A program made the position numbers and the translations under genes. From Myxococcales bacterium (GTDB lineage: Bacteria; Myxococcota_A; Bradymonadia; Bradymonadales; Bradymonadaceae), in NCBI GenBank assembly GCA_007120615.1, contig SKNI01000405.1, positions 1 to 34,011 on the forward strand: 34,011 nt of DNA. Reading direction: 5' to 3'. Shown one piece after another: positions 29,279-34,011 of the stretch. The notes beneath the pieces were generated by a model, which worked only from the letters and a program-made list of their open reading frames with translations, made no database searches and had not been told where the DNA came from. The stretch's first letter is position 1. Every line of letters begins with the position of its first letter.

Positions 29279-30760
29279 ATGAACAGTAAACGATGGATTG
29301 CCCTGACGATTGCCTCTCTACTTCTGCTGCCGGCTTTGGCCAGCGCCGAAGTTCCTGCCGAGATTCCCATTCAGGCTTATCTGACCGATGACACTGGCGT
29401 GCCCGTCGATGGCACCGTGACGATTGGCTTCTCGATCTACGATGCGGCAACTGGTGGTACGGAACTGCACTTCGAAGAGCACACCGTCGACGCAGAAGCC
29501 GGTGCTCTCACGGCTTATCTGGTCCCCGAACTTGCCATCTTTGAGGAACAAACCGAGCTCTATATCGGGATCTCCGTCGATAGTGGTGAAGAGATGTCAC
29601 CTCGACTCAAATTGGCCACAGTTCCCTATGCTGCAGTCGCTGGCAGTGCTGCCACGCTTCAGGGGCGCAGCGCCGACGATTTCGCCTCCGCCGACTACGC
29701 GCCATCCTGGGAAGATATCACCGATATTCCTGACGAACTCGGCAGCACCTACACCGCAGGCGTTGGCCTCGATCTCTTCGGCGAGGAATTCGTCGCTGAT
29801 TTCAGTGCCGTGCAGCAGCGGGTTACCGGAAGTTGTCCTGCCGGAGAGTTCGTCATGGGCATCAACGAGGATGGGACGGTGATGTGCGGTGTCGATATGA
29901 ACACCGACACAACCTATACCGCCGGATTCGGGTTGGACCTGGGCGACGGAGTGGAGTTTGAGGTCGAAACCGATCTGATTCAGCAGCGGGTGACCGGGAC
30001 TTGCTCTCAGGGCGAAGCGATCATCGGAATCAATGAAGACGGGACGGTGATGTGCGGCGACGGCGGCGGCACCACCTACACCGCCGGAACCGGCCTCCAG
30101 TTGAATAACGATGAGTTCTCCGTCCGCAATGGTGGCATCGGTTCTGCTCAGATAGCCTCCGGAGCGGTCTCCAATAGCCATATCTCCAATTCCGCCGGTA
30201 TCAGTCCCAGCAAAATTAGCGGCACCGCAGCCACTCTCAATAGCAGTCCGAATTTCAGCGGGACCGTTACGGCGAATAATTTCCAGTATACCGGCAGTAG
30301 AGCCCGCTATCTGCCGCTTCCGTCATCGGCTTTTCAGCCCAATAATGCGGAGAACTGGCGAATTAGTATCTTGGGTGGGCAATATGGATATACACCAACT
30401 TCCAGTATCAACTATCTGGCGGCTCCCATTCAGATTCCAAATGGTGGAACCATCACATCGTTAAATTGTTATGCCTATGACAACCATAGCAGCGAGAATT
30501 TGTCGGTGAGAGTCCGGCTAACCCGATCCAATATCTGGGTTAGCGAAGATGGGAATTTTACAACCTTGGGGCAGGGCACCATCGATACCAGCGGGCAGTC
30601 CACCAACCTTCAACTTGTGGCAATCTCGGGCATTGGAGAAACCGTAGATAGCGACCGCAATGTCTACCAGGTAAATATCCGGTATAACGGAACAGGTAGT
30701 TCTCTTCATCGCTTCCACGGCTGCAAAGTCCGCTATACGGTAGACTCCCCGGCGCCCTGA
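29279..30760 (+). CDS. secreted fibre-like repeat protein (tail-fibre-like N-terminus, TYTAG/QQRVTG-C modules, C-terminal beta-sandwich-like domain)
   Basis: GAGG RBS and signal peptide ...LLLLPALASA. The N-terminus IPIQAYLTDDTGVPVDGTVTIGFSIYDAATGGTELHFEEHTV...LATVPYAAVAGSAATLQG is followed by two and a half 54-aa modules (see finding). Confidence 0.8.
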   Translation: MNSKRWIALTIASLLLLPALASAEVPAEIPIQAYLTDDTGVPVDGTVTIGFSIYDAATGGTELHFEEHTVDAEAGALTAYLVPELAIFEEQTELYIGISVDSGEEMSPRLKLATVPYAAVAGSAATLQGRSADDFASADYAPSWEDITDIPDELGSTYTAGVGLDLFGEEFVADFSAVQQRVTGSCPAGEFVMGINEDGTVMCGVDMNTDTTYTAGFGLDLGDGVEFEVETDLIQQRVTGTCSQGEAIIGINEDGTVMCGDGGGTTYTAGTGLQLNNDEFSVRNGGIGSAQIASGAVSNSHISNSAGISPSKISGTAATLNSSPNFSGTVTANNFQYTGSRARYLPLPSSAFQPNNAENWRISILGGQYGYTPTSSINYLAAPIQIPNGGTITSLNCYAYDNHSSENLSVRVRLTRSNIWVSEDGNFTTLGQGTIDTSGQSTNLQLVAISGIGETVDSDRNVYQVNIRYNGTGSSLHRFHGCKVRYTVDSPAP

Positions 30761-30956
30761 TCCCGCAATAAAGAACCGGTATTCGGTCGCAGTGAAGATG
30801 ATTGAAATCTGAGTCTATCCAATGCATCGGATCATCACAGTATTTGGATCATGAATCATTCAGGCTAAAGAAGAATGAAGCAGAGTAGAGCGCACTATAT
30901 GAATCCTGGCGACTTCTAAGACGGTATGTCTTTTGGGGGATGCTATCAAATTTTGG

Positions 30957-31709
30957 ATGAGAAGAATAATGAGACGACTTTCAGTCCCTACACTGGCCAC
31001 AGTGGCAATAATTTTCTGCTGCTCACTCCTGGCTGTTCCGGCGTTTGCCGAAGATGGTAGTCCACCTGCAGAGGTCCCTTCTAGCGAGGAAGAAACCGGG
31101 GAGGAGCGGCCAATGACCCGTCGTGAAGCTCTGGATCATTTCACCCTCAATATGGTCGTTGTAGAGGAAACGTCATGGGTAGCGGTGGACCAATTTGGGC
31201 GCCAACGTGGTCGGAGTAGCGAGGTCTCTTTTTACCAGGGCCGCCATAAAATTCCCCTGACCACCGAGGAATTTCTACGCACCATCAACGCCGAATCTTA
31301 TCTGGACGAATACCAGTCGATGCGCAATCGGCGACGGAATTGGTATATCACCTCGGCGGTGATGGCGGGGGGAGCGCTTGTATTTATGACAGCTGCCCTC
31401 TTTATGGCCGGCCGTGATGGTCGAGTGGCCGAAGCGGTGACCCTTCCGTTAATGATGGGAGGTTTGGTCGCAGGAGGCCTGTTCTGGCTTCCCTGTACAA
31501 TCGGGATGATGACCAATGTCGATCCCATATCGCCCCATGAAGCGAGACGCCTGGGTGAAGAATATAATCTGGAGTTGCTCCACGACCTGGGGCTTGAACG
31601 AGACGATATGCATGACGACGCGGACGAAGAGAAGGCGCCGGGCGGACTTCGGGTCGACCTCTTCTTCAGTGGTGAAAGTGGGGGGATTGTGCTGGGATTT
31701 CGTTTTTGA
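30957..31709 (+). CDS. hypothetical membrane protein (signal peptide + two TM helices)
   Basis: MRRIMRRLSVPTLATVAIIFCCSLLAVPAFA is the signal peptide. TM helices are WYITSAVMAGGALVFMTAALFMA and LPLMMGGLVAGGLFWLPCTIGMM. The ORF track starts at TTG 30933; ATG 30957 or 30969 is more likely. Confidence 0.65.
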   Translation: MRRIMRRLSVPTLATVAIIFCCSLLAVPAFAEDGSPPAEVPSSEEETGEERPMTRREALDHFTLNMVVVEETSWVAVDQFGRQRGRSSEVSFYQGRHKIPLTTEEFLRTINAESYLDEYQSMRNRRRNWYITSAVMAGGALVFMTAALFMAGRDGRVAEAVTLPLMMGGLVAGGLFWLPCTIGMMTNVDPISPHEARRLGEEYNLELLHDLGLERDDMHDDADEEKAPGGLRVDLFFSGESGGIVLGFRF

Positions 31710-31867
31710 CACCGTCCCAGAACCCCGGTGGGGCATCTGGCCCGCGATCCGTGGACAAGGATTGGCAGATTCATTAGAGTCATCGCGAGCCTCAAAAGGC
31801 AGCGACCATTTACTTTCAGTCACGTTGGATTCTGATGATCTCACCAGTTTGGAAAGGGCAAAACCTC

Positions 31868-34011
31868 ATGAGGCTCGGAGCAGGGTTGGCAGGTTTTCTT
31901 GTATTATTTCTTTCGGTGACCGGATGCGAGCGGGAAGATGATTTCGACGGACCCGACGCAGAAGATGTGGAAGAAGACGTAGAAATTCGAGAGCCCGGAC
32001 CCGAACACGATGGTATCTACAGCTTCGCCAACGGATGCTTCACGATGGACGCCGCCGAGCCCGGAAGCGCTTCGGCGGCTTTTCTGCAAAAAGCCGATGG
32101 TGGTGGAGAGGAATATGCCTTTGTCGGCGAAGACGAGGATTCGGCCTCTCGCTTCTTGATGCGCGCCTCCGATCTGGGGACCTATCTCTTCTACGACGAG
32201 GAAGGACAATATCTTCTGGTTGAAGAGGACGACTTTCTTCGGCGTGGTGAATTTCTCTCCGATATTTTCACCCTGGACGACAGCTTCTTGCCGGGCGTGC
32301 AATGGGAATTGCAGATCTCGGAAACCGATTCCACTCGCTTTCAACTCCGACATCTGCGAACGGACCACTACCTGACCACCACCGGGGTGACCGATGCGGT
32401 CGACGAAGCCGCGGTGGTCACGCTCTATCCGGCCGAAGGATGCGCCGAATTTCCCGAACTCACCCTGGACGCCGAGGGAGAGGTCACCCCCAGGCAGCAC
32501 GATGACGGTTCGGTCTACGGCTTTGTGGATACCCACTCTCATATTATGTCCAATTTCGGGTTCGGGGGAGCCGGGATCTTTCACGGGGCTCCGTTTCATC
32601 CCTTTGGTGTGGAACACGCCTTGCCGTCGTGTGAGATGTTTCATGGATCGGAGGGACGATCCGACCTATTCGGATACGGTTTCGACGAGGCCAGCGACGT
32701 AGATGAGCAGACCCTTTTGACCGCTTTCGTCAACGGCCAGACGCCGGAGTTTAACCACCACACCGACGGCTACCCGACCTTTACCGACTGGCCCAGCGCC
32801 CACGATAGCTCCACGCACCAGACCCAATACTATAAGTGGATTCAACGGGCGTATCTGAGCGGCCTGCGCCTGATCGTCAATCACGCCACCACCAATCAGA
32901 TCATCTGCGATCTGCTGGCAGGCGCCGGAACCCAACCCACACGCTACTCCTGCAATGATATGGTCGCAGTCGACCGAACCATTGAGGAGACCCGTAAAAT
33001 GGAGCGTTATATCGACGCTCAGGAAGGCGGCCCTGGCGAGGGTTGGTTTCGAATCGTGGAGAGCCCCGAAGAGGCCAGGGAGGTCATCAATGAGGGAAAG
33101 ATGGCGGTGGTCCTGGGCATCGAAGTTTCCAACCTCTTCGACTGCTTTCTCGTTCCTCCCGGACAGGGAGAGCGATGCACCGAGCAATTTGTGCTCGATG
33201 AGTTGGACCGATATTACGAAAAGGGCGTCCGGGTGATCTTTCCGGTCCATAAATTCGACAATGCTTTCTCCGCCGGGGACGGGCATCGGGAAGTTATGGA
33301 GCTTGGAAACTTCGCTCAGACCGGACATTGGTCGAATTTTACCGACGATTGCCCCGATCTTCCCACGGTCTTTGATAGAGGCAATATTGCGTTCGGGGAT
33401 CTGAATGAGCCCCGTGAAGATTATCTGGCGGACCCGCCTAACGATATGAGCGGCTTCGCCGACGACCCCATCAATACACTCCTCGGTCACGCCAGCGTTC
33501 TCTTCGGTGGCCACGAGGAGGGCGATTTCTGCCAGAATGCCGGGCTCACCGACCTCGGGGAGTTTTTGATGGAGGAGATGATGAAGCGAGGCATCATCAT
33601 CGAAGTCGACCACTTTCCCCGACGCGGTTACCAGCGGGCTATTGAGATGCTGGAAGAATATAATTACCCGGCAGCCGGTACCCACGGAAATCACAATCGA
33701 GGGGAACTCTACCGCCTCGGTGGGATCTCCAAGTTCAACTTCGGGCGCTGCAGTGACCCGCAAGTGCCGGGAGCAAGGGCGGAGAGTCTCCGAGCACGGC
33801 TCGAACTTCTGGAGAGTCACGACCAATTCCCCGCCGAGGGTTTTGGGTTCGATCTAAACGGCTTCGCCGGCGCTCAGTGGCCCCGGTTTGGAGAAAATAG
33901 TATCTGCGCCACACCTCAGGAAAACCCCATCAACTACCCCTTCGAGTCCTTATCCGGTGATATCACTTTCACCGAACCCCGCGTCGGTGAACGGGTGATT
34001 GACTTCAACAC
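31868..34011 (+). CDS. large lipoprotein with amidohydrolase-superfamily / membrane-dipeptidase-like TIM-barrel region; 3' end runs off the window
   Basis: Not in the ORF track because there is no stop in the window. My translation gives MRLGAGLAGFLVLFLSVTGCEREDD... (lipobox). Then ...GSVYGFVDTHSHIMSNFGFGGAGIFHG... carries an HxH metal motif, followed by ...KMAVVLGIEVSNLFDC..., ...VRVIFPVHKFDNAFS... and ...GIIIEVDHFPRRGY.... The frame is open to 34011. Minus-strand ORFs 31904..32644 and 32666..33826 are antisense shadows. Confidence 0.8.
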   Translation, partial: MRLGAGLAGFLVLFLSVTGCEREDDFDGPDAEDVEEDVEIREPGPEHDGIYSFANGCFTMDAAEPGSASAAFLQKADGGGEEYAFVGEDEDSASRFLMRASDLGTYLFYDEEGQYLLVEEDDFLRRGEFLSDIFTLDDSFLPGVQWELQISETDSTRFQLRHLRTDHYLTTTGVTDAVDEAAVVTLYPAEGCAEFPELTLDAEGEVTPRQHDDGSVYGFVDTHSHIMSNFGFGGAGIFHGAPFHPFGVEHALPSCEMFHGSEGRSDLFGYGFDEASDVDEQTLLTAFVNGQTPEFNHHTDGYPTFTDWPSAHDSSTHQTQYYKWIQRAYLSGLRLIVNHATTNQIICDLLAGAGTQPTRYSCNDMVAVDRTIEETRKMERYIDAQEGGPGEGWFRIVESPEEAREVINEGKMAVVLGIEVSNLFDCFLVPPGQGERCTEQFVLDELDRYYEKGVRVIFPVHKFDNAFSAGDGHREVMELGNFAQTGHWSNFTDDCPDLPTVFDRGNIAFGDLNEPREDYLADPPNDMSGFADDPINTLLGHASVLFGGHEEGDFCQNAGLTDLGEFLMEEMMKRGIIIEVDHFPRRGYQRAIEMLEEYNYPAAGTHGNHNRGELYRLGGISKFNFGRCSDPQVPGARAESLRARLELLESHDQFPAEGFGFDLNGFAGAQWPRFGENSICATPQENPINYPFESLSGDITFTEPRVGERVIDFN

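Overview
High-GC bacterial chromosomal segment. The gene content looks Myxococcota/Bradymonadia-like: eukaryotic-like Ser/Thr kinases, PEGA, DKNYY and GLUG domains, and at least seven lipobox proteins, several with acidic Asp/Gly linkers and Cys-rich domains. This taxon is inference only. All calls come from reading the sequence and the ORF track; no searches were run.

1-7.9 kb, all minus strand: the 5' part of an mrpA-type antiporter gene (open past the window edge, so absent from the ORF track), two small lipoproteins, a CoA-disulfide-reductase/rhodanese fusion, two FtsX-type permeases with no ATPase, a remnant of a third small lipoprotein, and an alpha/beta hydrolase.

8.4-18.2 kb: two divergent operons, each joining a large surface lipoprotein to a membrane Ser/Thr kinase.

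18.2-28.8 kb: a mosaic, decayed accessory stretch. It holds a collapsed epimerase pseudogene, a quinone oxidoreductase, a 78-nt nested palindrome and a DKNYY lipoprotein. It also holds an AbiE-like winged-helix + nucleotidyltransferase pair with an operator-like repeat array and a 36-nt duplicated gene segment, then an A/T-rich patch with a nuclease-like fragment and an orphan acidic-tail protein. Further right are six tandem 43-44-bp repeats, Cys-rich lipoproteins, a tRNA-Arg(CCT) 3' fragment, a TM2-SHOCT + membrane winged-helix pair, an integrase-like remnant and an NAD(P)H-binding gene remnant.

28.9-34 kb: a small lipoprotein, a fibre-like repeat protein, a membrane protein, and a long amidohydrolase-like lipoprotein that runs off the window.

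No rRNA, intact tRNA, CRISPR array or intact mobile element was seen. The best candidates for something new are the NTase module with its neighbours, the 44-bp repeat array, and the paired surface-protein/kinase operons.
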